In this document: in pieces, positions 48,701-61,700 of the stretch
Layout of the letters: each line of letters opens with the position of its first letter
Position numbering within the stretch: the first letter of the stretch is position 1
Origin: Azolla caroliniana
Lineage: Eukaryota > Plantae > Polypodiophyta
NCBI GenBank assembly: GCA_043228905.1
Contig: JBHGNT010000010.1
Coordinates: 13,330,001 to 13,394,000, forward strand
DNA length: 64,000 nucleotides
Direction of reading: 5' to 3'
Program-made: the position numbers and the translations under genes
Notes under the pieces: model-generated
Told to the model about the DNA's origin: nothing
Database searches by the model: none
The model's input: only the letters and a program-made list of their open reading frames with translations

Positions 48701-51326
48701 GCGGCGGATTTCCCTTGCCGGCTCTCGTCGCCTCGACTCCCCTTGTTTCCGGAGGGTCTGGAATTGGTGTCGACATCACTTCGGTGCCTTCTTCCTTGAT
48801 CCCATCGGCCGCCTCCATTGCGTACCGACTCGCCTCATCCGCCACGACCACGGAGCCTCTCTCCCTCCGTGTACAGCATCTTACTGTCAACATGCATGCT
48901 TGTCGACGCACCCGTGTGGTTCTTCTCTATAAGGAGCATTGACTGTAAGTCGAAAAATGACGGCGTATTCTCCCATGTACACACAGCAATTCGGAACGGT
49001 CCGAACTTTGACGCCAAACCCCCGAGACAGACCAGGATCATCTCGCTTTCCTCGATGTTCACATCGATGGAAGCTAAGGAGTCGCATATGTCCTTGATCT
49101 TTGAGGTATAGTCAACCACCGACAAATCGCATTGTCATAGGTTGCTCAACTCTTATCAAAGCTGAAGCTTCCTAGCTGTGGTGCTCGCGGTGAAGATCTT
49201 CTTCAGATTTTCCCAAGCACCCTTTGGCATTTTTGCATCCCGAACGTAGTTTAATAGTTGTTCGCCCACACAAGACACGAAACAATACAACACTCAGCTC
49301 GCCGATTGCTCCCACGCTAGGAAGTCTATGTGTCAAATCGAGTGCTGTGTCATTTGCTCCATCGACATAGCTCCAATAACCGTGTCTGAGCAGGTACTGG
49401 TGCATCTTGTAGGACCAAGATGCGTAGTTGGTTCTGTCGAGCTTCTCCGTTGGAAGCGAGCTAGCCATTCCTCTATCCATCGATTTTCTTGTTCTTCTTC
49501 GTTGGTTTTTCCTTCAAGCAAAGTCGACTCCAGAGGTTCTCAACCCTCGCAATCTGATGTCATGAAAAGAATGGCGTGCAGAAGCAATATAGGAAACCGA
49601 ACAACAGAAAACGCGGGTTTAATGGAAAGCTTAGTTTGCATAGTATGCACGGGAGAGATGGAGAGAGAGTAAACCCAAGAACTTAATTCAAAAATAATAC
49701 TCAATCTGTACATCGTGTGTGTTCAATGAACACTTTTATACAAGTTCTTTTCGGACTGACAGAAGTACTGACAGTACTTCAATGCTCATTGAGGAGCCCC
49801 TACACTAACTCCCAAATATATTCCTTGCGGAATATCTTTCCGATGGCCTCCCGGTTTCCGCACCGATCCGGCCTTCCTACGCACCGGTCTGCATATTGGT
49901 TTCCAACCGATCCGGCCTAACCGATCGGTCCCAACCAATCCGGTCCTCGGCTTGCTCAGCCAATCCGGCCGATGTTGAGATTGTCTCTCAACGCGCCTCG
50001 ATCGGTGTTTACTTCCAGGGGCCTTCGCGTGTCGCTTGGGTGTACCCAGCCATTCCAAAAGTACACCACGTTGCTCTTTCGTGCGTCAGCGAAGTCGATA
50101 CGGTCTCTCTGAATGTGGCCAATGCCTTCCACCACATGCACCTCTAGTTGATCGGTGGGCGCCAATTGGTGTTTACTTCTAGGGGCCTTCCATCGGTCTG
50201 AAGATCGCGCACCATCTTTGTCAGCTCTTTCTAGAGCCACACCCCCGAACGGTCCTTCAACCACATTGGCCAAAACCGCGCCCAACTCGAGCCACTATCT
50301 CGTCTCTTTTGACTGAGTGGGGATCGGTTCCTCAGCCTTCTTCCTAGCAATCGAGCCAACCATCGACAACCCCGCATCGTTCCACAGCTGCAAACCTTCT
50401 TCACCATGGCTCAGTTGGTTGTGAGTGCTTCATTTGTCTCCAACAAGAGACTGACCTTCTCTCTATCAAGTGGGTCGACCAACTTGATCAAGAGGAGGAC
50501 TTTGCTCGTGTTCAACACTGTTTGATCCAGCGCCGACCACCGCACAAATCACTTCTCGAATTCCTGGAGAAGCATTGATGTATTCCTCCCCTCTCCGGGG
50601 CTCTCGGCCCACTCCATGAACTCCCTCTTCGACAATCGGAGCGAGTCGTTGAAGCCGTACCTCTCGAGGAGCCGTCTCTCAAACTCCAACCAATTTCGGT
50701 AGTTGGCTTGTATTTCGAGCACCTCCGTGTGGATGCTCGGCGTAACGACTCGGGGAAATCTGGACACTTGCCTATCCTCTGGGATGTCCTACATCACCAT
50801 TTCGGCCTTATAGGCCTCCAAGTAGCTCATCTCGACTTTACAGTTAAATCGTCCTATCGTGTATCATTTCGATGGCCTTGTCTAGGCCACCTGCGCTTTC
50901 CCGAGCATTCACTAGCGGTCGACAGCTACCGCCATTGCTTCAACAAGTTTGCTAACTCTCATTTCTAGCTCCTTTGCCGCCCCCTTTCACGTCAGTTTCA
51001 CCAAAGATGTCACGAAAATCCGCAAGTATGTGTTGAAACGGGGCGGGACCACCAGGGTCTCGGACCAAGGACCCGGTAAGGGACGAGAGATTATCCGGAT
51101 TGGTTTCCAGATTACTTCGCCGGAGCGCGGTCCGGACATGTATCCGATCTAGACTAGTCTCCGGATGCCGGATGATGAGCACATGGGCTTGGATGCGCAG
51201 AGTGTTCAAGAACTGCCGTTGAATAACGGACAACGAGCCCACAGGATAGCGTGCTCGGGTATGCACACACGGATGCGAGGGATACAGATAAAGTAGGCCG
51301 AATGCAAAGGACACAAGAAACTCCGG

Positions 51327-52014
51327 TGTCGCGTTGTTACGCGCGTACGTGGGGAACGAGGCGGGACCACCGGGGTCTTGGACCGAGAAATAGCTGAGAA
51401 GGAGGAGAGCGGAAAGGCAACGGACGCACTTGCACACGCACAGACACGAGAGCACACAGGAATCACAGTCCAACAACACAGCAAAACAAGACGACTAGAA
51501 GTCTGAGTATATGAACACGTACGTATATTAATATATATATATATATCGAGATGGTTACAACTAACAGGCCGGCAAGGCGAACACCGACGCCTGTTCACTC
51601 ACACACATAGAAGAGCGAGATGGAGACTCTGCCGGAAGCACACGAGTGTTCCACGGAGCAGAGTCAGCCTCCCGAAAACCTGCGCAAAAATGGCTATGGA
51701 GAGTGGCAGAGGAGAAGGGCTCGGTCCCAGTCCGGCAACACTTCATCCTCTCTAACGCGCGATCCCTTTCCCCATTCCTCTCCCTCTCTTTTATAGCCCA
51801 AGGAGGGAGGTCGTTGTCATCCGTTACATCATATTAATTCTCTGTCCTTTCGGACAGAGATACACCTCGATTCGCTCCCTATTGAATGCATGCTACCTAG
51901 GATTTCCTCTCAGCCGACTTGTACCTACCTACAACGAAAAGTGTGCTCACGTGTAAGGGCCGGTTTACACACGCTAAACTCGGTTTCCGCTTAGGGACGG
52001 TTTTCTTCACGACA
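51327..52014 (-). mobile_element. Solo LTR M (E-related) inserted in the E 5' LTR
   Basis: TGTCGCG...CTTCACGACA; 4-bp TSD CCGG (51323-51326, 52015-52018); U5 motif GGGACCACCGGGGTCTTGGACC shared with E and L. Confidence 0.8.
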
Positions 52015-52565
52015 CCGGAAAAGAAACATCAAATATATTCGATTAATCTCTATGTAGTGAGAGAGGTACAATCTGAACGCGGTCGGTAACAGAGTTGTGC
52101 GCCCTTGAAACACACACACAGAATGATGAGCCTCTAGTCGGGAGGACATAAGCTTCATATGCAAGTAGAGGCCTCACCTTCTTCCCGAATCAATACAGAG
52201 CCAAAACAGAGAGAACAATAGAGCGGATCTCAAACCGGCAACACTTCCTTCTCCAAAATGATGGATCCCTCCAACAGTTCAAAACCTCCCCATTTATAGC
52301 ACAAGGGGAGGCCATTATATCACGCTTAAAGACAACCATTTTTTGTCAGTGATCTCCATCAATCCTCTCACATCTCCTCCTATTATTCCTCTCTTTCTAT
52401 GGGACATTAAAGTACCCATTTAAATCATACAACCTAGTATTCATCAACACATAAATATTTACATATGTTTGTACATAAACAATTTTGTGTGCATCCGCGC
52501 ACACCCCCATTCACGCTCATCCAGCTCCTTTTTCTTCCAATGGCCGGAATCCTTCACGACAACGT

Positions 52566-55160
52566 GTGGTGTGTGCTCCTCTATCTTGGAAGAAAAAACT
52601 AGGATGTCATCAAGGTAGATTACCACAAAGATCGAGATACTCCCAAAATATATTGTTCATCATGTGTCGGAAGATTGTCGAGGTTGTTGTCAGATCAAAA
52701 GGCATCACCTTGTACTTGAAATGTCCAGAGCGTGTCTGAAAGGTTGTTTTCCACTCGTCTCCAAACTAGATGCACACCAGATTGTAGGCTCCCCGAAGGT
52801 TGATTTTGGAGAAGATACACCCAGTTCGGAGTTGATCGAAGAGTGTCGGAATTAAGGGCACGGGATAACGATTGTGCACCGTAACTTTGTTGAGACACCG
52901 ATAATCCACCATCGTCATAATGAGCCATCCTTCTTCTTGACAAATAATATTAGGGCCCCGACCGGTGATTTGGAGGGTTGAATGAAGCCCTTTGCGAGAT
53001 TTTAATCCAGATATATTTGAAGAGCCTCAAGTTCGAGTTCAGATAGCCCATAGATGGGACCAAATGGTGGATGCACACAATCTGGGAGTTCGATTGGGCA
53101 ATCGTAGGGGCGATGTGCCGGTAACCGATCTGCATTTCTCTTTTCAAACATATACAAAAAGTCACTATATCTTGTGGGCAAATTGGTGACAAGAACAAAG
53201 ACGTCCCATGACAAAACAGGTGTTGTACCAACCAAGCTGGAATCAGCCACAACAAAATTAGTAGAGTTGGAATAGAAAGAATGCGCAGAGAAATTGGAAG
53301 CAACTCCCACACAAGTAACGTTGTCGTGCCTTTCGGCTCTGGATCGTTGCGTGAGTCGGGTGGGAACCACCGGGGTTTTGGACTAGGAGGAGGAAGAATT
53401 TGAGGCTAATCTAGTTATGAATATGAATAGATTATAAGAAAGAGATATAGAAACTTGTGAATCCCACAAGTATAATTGTTTTAGTTTATCTTAATCGTAG
53501 TAATAAATTGAAATAGTTTAGAATAGATTAGAGTAGATTGAGAAAAGAGATCAAACCTTGTGAATCCCACAAGTATAACATTAATCAATATTTATGTAAG
53601 AATATGAATTTAGATTGAAAGAGATAGATTATATAAAACTTCGTGAATCCCACGATTCTATTTTATTATTGGTGTTTTAGGAAATATATCCAATTTCCCA
53701 AATATTTCACACACTTACATTGTGCTCCTCATCCTCATATAGAGATGAGAGAGTCTTAGCAATCCATGCTTTTTCTTTTCTAACTATAGACTCCATGCTT
53801 TTCCTATAGATAGACTATATGCTTTATCTAAAGTGATCATGCTTTTTCTAACTTGTGCGTTTTTTTTTTATTATCAACTATAGGGTTCATGCACGCTAGA
53901 TGTGCATGCGTTTTTCTTTTAACTAAAGTTTATCCTAGGTGAACTAACCTTTCTATGTGGAACATCTATTTTTGAACACTAATGAAATGCTAGTGTAATG
54001 GTAAGACATTACATTATTAACATGGAGGTGCAAGGTTCGAGTCTTGCCCTATTCATGTTATATATATTTTAATATTTTCTACTATTTATTCATATTTATT
54101 AAATCGGTACTTTATAAGTTTTTCACGACAACGTTGTGGGGGGTCTTGACCCGCGCTAGTGTCTGTGAAAAAGTGGGGTATGGTGGTCGACCTCCATCTG
54201 GGTATGAATATCATTGGAGGATAACAAACGTGGCATGGTTGATGAAACTGATACATATGGCCTTGTGATTGGAGTGTTGCAGGAGGAAAACTGAAATCTT
54301 CAAGTTCCATGTTCCTCTTGACGAAGCTCAAAAAGACGATTATCATATTGAATGGCTTGGGAGATTACCTGAGACAATGATGTGGGTTCCGGAAAGTGGT
54401 CGTATAAGGCGTGGTCATCCCAGCTGACATCGCACACGATCTAATGAAACTCTAAAGCGTAGATGGAGGATGGACACGAGCCTTGTTGTAAGGAATAGAG
54501 TTTCGTGAGTGTCGTTCATCACCAGTCTGTTTCTCTGAATGTGGCTTGAAGCTCGGCAAGGAAGGTGGGGAAGTTTTCTAAGAGAGGGGATGAGGTCTTG
54601 ACCAATGGTGCAAACCACGCTTGCACCGGTTTGGAGAGAAGGGTGCCAATGAGGCCGACCTTAGTGTGGCTCAGCGGGTGGTGGGTTGTTGGATGTGTTG
54701 TTTTGAAGCTCTCATAATCATTCCCGAAAGATTTCATTTTCTAGTTGAAGTTGTTGCAAGGCTACCATTACTTGGTTTAGGTTGTTGATGGAGTTGGCCA
54801 TGGTAGCAAGAAGAGGAAGGTGAACAAACTATCACAGACGAGTAGAACAGAGCAGAACTAAGATGAGACTAAATACTAAGAGAGAGAGAGAGAGAGAGAG
54901 AATAGACAAGAGAACAAGAACTGAATTTATGTTTCTGTAACTGGAGTTGTTCACCTTGATTAGAATCAAGGTGCACCCGAGTATTTATACAAGAAGGTGG
55001 AGGTATGCATGTAAGCTAGGAATAATCTAGAAAATGCATGAGCATACATGCAAGCTAGGAAACTTCTAGTGATTAATCTACAATATAATAAAAATGATGC
55101 ACATATGGATGTAGCTCAATTGGTAAGGTTACATTCCACCATGGCATCATGTCTATGACA
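52566..55160 (-). mobile_element. Chromovirus N remnant (5' LTR, gag, RT pieces), host of L and E
   Basis: LTR 54830-55160; gag KVGLIGTLL...WFAPL 54519-54737; LPAHRPYDCPI...GPIYGLS at ~53050; B-like organisation. Confidence 0.8.
53322..54130 (-). mobile_element. Solo LTR L (C/E/K lineage)
   Basis: TGTCGTG...TTTCACGACA; 4-bp TSD ACGT (53318-53321, 54131-54134); internal repeat CTTGTGAATCCCACAAG x3. Confidence 0.88.
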
Positions 55161-56183
55161 TGAACTCCTGTCCATTCTCCTTTTTGTTGATCGACCAGCA
55201 GTCGGCAACACTATGTCCGGCCTTTCTGCGGTGTGTGCAAAAGGTGTTCGGCTTCCCATTACACGACTTTGACCATTGGCAATCATTTTTTCTCCTTGGC
55301 CAGCTTGGACTTCGGTCGGCTCTCTAAGTTGATTCAGTTGAGTGGTGGGTTTCTGCAAAGTCATCGATGGTGAGTCCCATCGACCGTTGTCAGATATCTT
55401 CCGACAATATCGTTCCGATCACTTCATCCAAAGTGAATTTTGGAGAGCATTTCGTGAATGTAGTGCAGACGACCTCCCAACTCACAGGCAAGCTCGAGAG
55501 CAAATCAAGGGTTTTCACCTCTTTTTTGAAGTTGATCCCTTGGGAGGAGAGTTCGGCAACCACCCGGCTGAAGGTGTTGATGTGGGAGGTGATCGGTTTA
55601 GATTCATTCATTTTCATATTAAACATATGCCAGATCAATATGAGCTTTGATGAGGATGATTTCTTCTTATATACGACCTGGAGCTTCTCCCATACACTCT
55701 ACATCTGGAATTTCTCCGATGTCTCGTTGGCCATGCTGAAGTAGACGTTTTCGGCCAGATGCATTCGGATGGTCTAGTTTGCTATTTCGTCCATGGATCA
55801 CCATTCCTCCACCGTCATTGACGCTGGTGTGGTTGTATGCCGTATGGCTTCTATCTTACGTCGAATGATGAGAACATCCTACATCATCTCCTACCATAGG
55901 GGAAAAACAATTCCGTGAAACTTTCAGATTTCCACTCCTGTGTTGGATGTTTATTTGTGGGAAGTGAGATTACCAACCTGGTCTTTTCCTTTCAGTTGAT
56001 TCCTTCTTCTTGAGTTGATGTTGTTGCTATTCCCGGACTCTAGTAGCTCTAATACCAATTGATGAATATTGAAGAATATGAACACTATGAAGACCTGTTG
56101 ATGAGTTAGGCAAATTGCAAGAAACAAGAGAAGAAGATTAGTTCACTGTGCAACAAGATGAAGAATAAGCTAAAGACTGTTAC

Positions 56184-56223
<40 letters not shown>

Positions 56224-56635
56224 GGTAAGGTTTCCCAATGGAGACTAGGAGGTCATGGGTTCAAACCCTACATTCCACAATGGCATCTAGTGAATTAAAA
56301 GATATATATGAAGTATATAATAGAAAAATGAGGAAATTGGGTTTCGAACCCAAGACGTAGTGCTTGTAGTGTAACAACTTACCACGAGGGTAAGGTAGTT
56401 ATGATAAAAGAAAGAGAAACAGAGAGAGGTGCTCGTTGCTCAAGAGACAAACTTTTTCAATAACCCTCAGAAACTTACTTTACAAGATCAATTGCCTACT
56501 TAAATAGTTGGGTTAACTGTGCGTTCACACTAGGGTCATTGGGTGGAGTGGGACTTTTATCCCAACATGGAGCTCCTTTGGAAGACTATGGCGAAATGGG
56601 CATATCTAATTTTGGACTTTTCGATATCTTAATAT
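55161..56635 (-). mobile_element. Copia O remnant: partial 5' LTR (56060-56635), PBS, gag
   Basis: PBS TGGTATTAGAGC 56046-56057; gag MNESKPITSHINTF...LLSSLPVSWE 55390-55638. Confidence 0.75.
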
Positions 56636-58787
56636 TGTTAAGAATCGACATGCCACAACCGGTTACATGTTCCTTTCCGGGTGCAAAAGAAACAAGCATG
56701 ATAATACACAAACGGAAAACGAGGGGACAGAGAATGAGAAACAGAGACACAATGTTTAATGTGGAAAACCCAAATGGGAAAAACCACAGGAGTCCTCAAA
56801 CTCTGAACTAGATCACTAATGATGAGGGGGAGTACAATAAGATACTCAGAGCAACAACCTCTAGATCTTCTTCATCTGATAGATAGCTGCTGAGTTACAA
56901 CTCTCACTCTCTCTCTCTCTGACTCGCAGTTACAAAGGCAACAACTTCTCTAACTATACAACAATAATGATCAACTATGTATATTTTAAAGTTTTCCCTA
57001 GTTGTTTATATACTAAAACAACTTTTCGGCTATTTACAAACATAGCCCACAAGGGCACATTTCAACTATTTACAAATATAGTCTCCCGAGTTGGCTATAT
57101 CCTCAATTTCAGTTTCAGCCTCGGCCGAGTTACTCATCAACTCGGCTCGTCTCTTCCCATCCGGAGGGACCTGTTTCCCAACAAACTCCCCCTTCACTCG
57201 GCATGGGTTACTTCACCAAACCGATGACTCTCTGTTGGCACGCATTTAGCTTCGGCTGACAGCACCTTCATCAACATATCCGATCCATTCTCGGCCGTGT
57301 GGATCTTCATCAAAGCAATGTCCTTCTCTTCTACTCGCTCTCGGAGCCAATGGTATCTCCTCTGGATGTGCTTGGTCCTCGAGTGGTAGGTGGCATTCTT
57401 GGCAAGATGGATGGCACTCTAATTATCATAGTAGAATCAAAATTCTTCCTGTCGAATTCCTAGCTCACCGATAAACTCCTTCATCCATGTTATTTCCTTG
57501 TCGGCTTCTGTTGTGCCCATATACTCGGCTTCCGTGGTCGATAGTGCCACGGCCTTCTGCAGCCTCAACTGCCACGAAACAGCTCCCCTGCACAAGAAAT
57601 CACGTATCCATGCATGGATCGGTTGGTATGCATTAGCCGACATGTCTAAATCCGTGTAACCTTCTAGTATGGGGTTACCCGAGCCAAATCGAAGACACAA
57701 GCTCGAGATGCCTCTCAGGTACTGAAGTATCCACTTCACAGCAGCCCAATGCTCTCTGACGGGATTGCTCATATATCGGTTGACCACTCCGACTGCATAT
57801 CCTATGTCCGGCCTAGTACATACCATCATGTACATCAGGCTTCCAACCGTTGAGGCATAAGGGAATCTTGACATCTCGGTCTTCTCGGCTTTCGATTTCG
57901 GACATTGATCTTTGCTTAGCTTGCAGTTCATCGGCAATGTCGAGCCGACCGGTTTCGCGCTTTCCATGTCGAATCTCTGGAGCACCTTTGTCACGTATTT
58001 CCCCTATGACAACCATAATAATCTCTTTGTTTGATCCTGAACAATGTGCATTCCCAGGATTTGTTTTGTCGGACCCATGTCTTTCATCGAGAATGACCTA
58101 CCCAAGGCCTTCTTCAAGTTTCTGATTTTCTTCAGGTCTTGTCCAACAATTAACAAGTCATCCACATACAACATGAGGATGAGAAAATCTCCTCCATCAT
58201 ACTTTTTAACAAAAGACACAGTGATCAGCCTGTGTCTTGTCGAAACTATGATCACCATGAAAGATTCAAATTTTCGGTACCATTGGCAAGGTGCCTGCTT
58301 CAACCCGTACAAGCTCTTCCTCAATCGCCATACCAGGTTTTCTTTACCTTTCTCCACAAATCCTTCCAAATGGTGCATATATATCTCTTCCTCCAAATCT
58401 CCATGAAGGAAGGTGGTCTTGACGTCCAGTTGTTTGACTTCGAGATCCATGCTAGCCGCAATGCTCAACATTGTTCGGATTGACATCATCTTCACGACCT
58501 GGGCAAATATTTCGTCGAAATCAACCCCCTTCTTCTGCTAAAAACCTTTCACGACAATTCGTGCTTTGTATCTAGGTGGATTTCTGCCATCTCCCATCTT
58601 CAGATTGTATATCCACTTATTTCGTAGTGCCTTCTTCCCTTTCGGCAACTCAGTTAATTCGTATGTGTGGTTCCCATGCAAGGAATCCATCTCCTCTTGC
58701 ATGACACTGAACCACTTTCGGTTGTGGGTATCGTGTTTAGCTTCTACAAAGACTTCCGGCTCCCCCTCATCGGTTAGCAGTACACGT
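56636..58787 (-). mobile_element. Copia J (H-like): 3' LTR 56636-57183, PPT, degenerate RT-RH, interrupted by K
   Basis: LTR terminus matches the H LTR end; YVDDLL, STTEAEY, LLTDEGEP fragments. Confidence 0.9.
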
Positions 58788-61700
58788 TGCCGCGTCGATC
58801 TCGGCGTACGATAGCAAACAAAAAGAAAATTGCGTATCTGGGAAGTAAGCACCAGGCTTCTTGTCAAAGAAAGAGGAGAAATAGAAATAATGTGTATTGA
58901 TATCTGAAGATGATTACAAAATATTTCTTGTACAATAATATAGCTTGTCCCTATTACAATAATATTCCTCGTCTCCTGTTCTCCCCTTCACTCTTTTCCC
59001 TTTCCCTCTTTAAATAGGTGCCCCCATGCATATGATGCATGTGAGGGTACAAGATATGCGTGTAGTGCATGAAATGCATGTGATGCATGTGAGGGTACAA
59101 GATATGTGTGTAGTGCATGAAATGCATGTGATGCAGGATCGCCATTTGGCGTTCATGCATTACATGTGATGCATGATAGACATCCCATGCATTCGAGCTT
59201 TCATGTATGAAAATATACATGGCATAAGTACAAACATTAAAATATAACTTTAAAAGAATAAATGTCCTAGCCTAATGGTATATGCATTGTGTTTGGTATG
59301 TGAGGTTGTGGGTTCAAGTATTTCGAATGTTATTCAATACAATATTTTAGTTTATTTTTCTATCATGAAGCAAATCCTTCACGACACCTAAACCCCCACA
59401 CACTCCTATTCATCGAGGCCTCGCACTTTATATAACCTTTTACAAACATTTGAATAAGCTCATATAAATTGGTAGAGGTTATTTTCTCATCGTGGCATGG
59501 AAATGTCACAACATCCTCCCCCTCTAGACCTGCGCATCCTTTGGCATGCGCCAACGAATGTCTCCTTCTTCAGCTTCATGGATGTCATCTTCATTGAGGA
59601 AGTTATTGCTTTGATCTTCCCTTCTTTTGAATAGCTTAATTCGCTTTCCTGCAATTGGTAACTTTAAAGCAACTCCATCCATTTCAGTTAGAAAATACAT
59701 TGCATTTTTATTCACTTGTCTAATGATATATGGCCCGAACCATCTTTTGGCAAATTTGCGAGAAGTACTATGTTGGTTATCTAAACTGCTATCATAACTA
59801 TGACCTAATCACCTTCTTGGAGCTTTCTTGGTTGAAGGCGATGAGTTTTATCACATCTTTCTTTGTTTTGTAGTCGACATTGTTTCATCCTTTCGGTAGC
59901 TATTTGAACATATTCATCCCTTCTTTCTAACTGTCTTATTCTAAGAGCAAGCAAATCTTCTCGACTCATTTCATCTGCCCATGGCAAGGAAACCCAGGAA
60001 AATATCGATTGCTCTACTGGCATAATTGGTTTTTGACCAAGTATCAATTCTGATGGCATAAAGCCAGTTACGGAACTATGAGTAGTGCGGTCAGCCCATA
60101 CTGCATACATTAACAAATAAGGCCAGTTAGCTATCTTGCCATCACAAGCTTTCACCAAAGCTTTTACGATAGGGTTATGTCCACGCTCAGCCTTCCCATT
60201 AGCTTCAGGGTTATATGCCGTAGTTAAGGAAAATCAAATTCCCATTCTTGAAAAAAATTGTCCAACGTCGTTAGAATCTAGTTCTCCTCTGTCTGCAACA
60301 ATCTTCCCAATGCACCCGTAACTACATATCACATCTTCAAGAAGGAACTTACAAATAGCTAAAGTGGTTTTTTGGCGTTGGGCTCGGCCTTCCACTTGAT
60401 TTGTCAAATCTTCTCTTGCCAATACAAGATATCTCATTTGCCAAACCCCCACATGCAATATTACAATAGCCAAAACCCATTTATAATGTAGAGATAAAGA
60501 ATAAGTAGGTTCACCACTGATTGTACATAATCTAAAACATCATTGTACATTCCAGCCCACCAAAACTTCTCTTTTAATTTCGAGTAGGTGGCCCAAACTC
60601 CACGATGACCTGCCCATAAAGTATCATGAAATTCAAATATTAGTTTTTGTTGCTCTTCCCTTCTTCCAACCACTCTTTGCGGAATCCCTTTCACAACTTT
60701 TGGATGTCTCTAAAGATATCCCTCATGAAGAAAAAATTTATAAGCTTTCTTTCTTATTTTATGAAATAGCTCCCTTGACCATGTTCCATCTTTCTCATGA
60801 GTACTCAAGTATTTTCGAATTTGTAACATCTCCCCCTCGTACTCAGATTCACGAAGAATAACATGAACACCCAAATCACATGACCCCTTCAAGTTACAAT
60901 TTATGGAAAAGAAATCAAAACTCTCATCTTCTTCATCAGTCATTACCATAGTATTTTTACCTTTAAACCATGCTCTTGAGAGCATATCGGCAACTGGGTT
61001 ATCCGTTCCTACAATGTGCTTGATTTCAAGACATAGTGATTTTATGTAGGCTATCCATCTAAGCATAGCTATATCAGATGTTTCACAAAGTGAAATCATT
61101 CCTAGCAATGGACGACAATCTGTTTCAACCACAACTTCAACACCAATTAAGTATTCACGATCTGTTTTAATAGCTGTTAACATACCCCATAACTCTCTTT
61201 CAATCTGTGGTTAAGCTTTTTGGCATTTTGTTAAGATTTTTGCACCAAATCGAACAACGTATCTCAACCCATCCTTCTCTTCTTGGCTAACAACCCAACC
61301 GATCCCGATTGGCCTTGTATCCACAGTAACAATGATGGGGTGTTCACTATCATACCTAGCCTTCCATAAAACAGGGGCATTCAATAACATTTCCTTTAGT
61401 TGGCGAATTGCATTTGTATGTACATTAGTCCAAAGGAAACTCGAATTCTTCTTAAGAAACTCATAAAGCGGATCAGCCACATGTGCGAAATGTGGAATCC
61501 AAATTCAGTAAAACACACAAGCACCCAAAAACCTACGCACTTCTGTTAGAGATTTACAATCATCCTTTAGATTTTGAATTGCATTTACCTTAATTGGGGA
61601 TGGCTTTCTTCCGTAGGGTCCACACCCGCGCCCTACAATTAGAACTTCGGGAACCCCAAACATAGATTTTTGACCTAAAAATGTAAGATGAACCTCTTCT

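Larger units (their letters stand above)
31454..49993 (-). mobile_element. Copia D: degenerate two-LTR element hosting C and F
   Basis: LTRs 31454-31836 and 49563-49993; TSD CGCCC/CGCCT; PPT from 31837; degenerate PBS TGACATCAGA; gag 49172-49480, PR, INT 47154-48013, RT 46372-46790 and 40067-40970. Confidence 0.92.
30173..52561 (-). mobile_element. Gypsy E: 3'-truncated tRNA-Trp-type non-chromovirus (5' LTR, gag, PR), host of D, M and H
   Basis: 5' LTR 52561-51008 (TGTCGTGAAG...CGTGACA); degenerate Trp PBS 50986-51003; gag restored across D (EVNTDRG|GMKRLME); 30350-31130 homologous to K 63035-63983. Confidence 0.85.
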
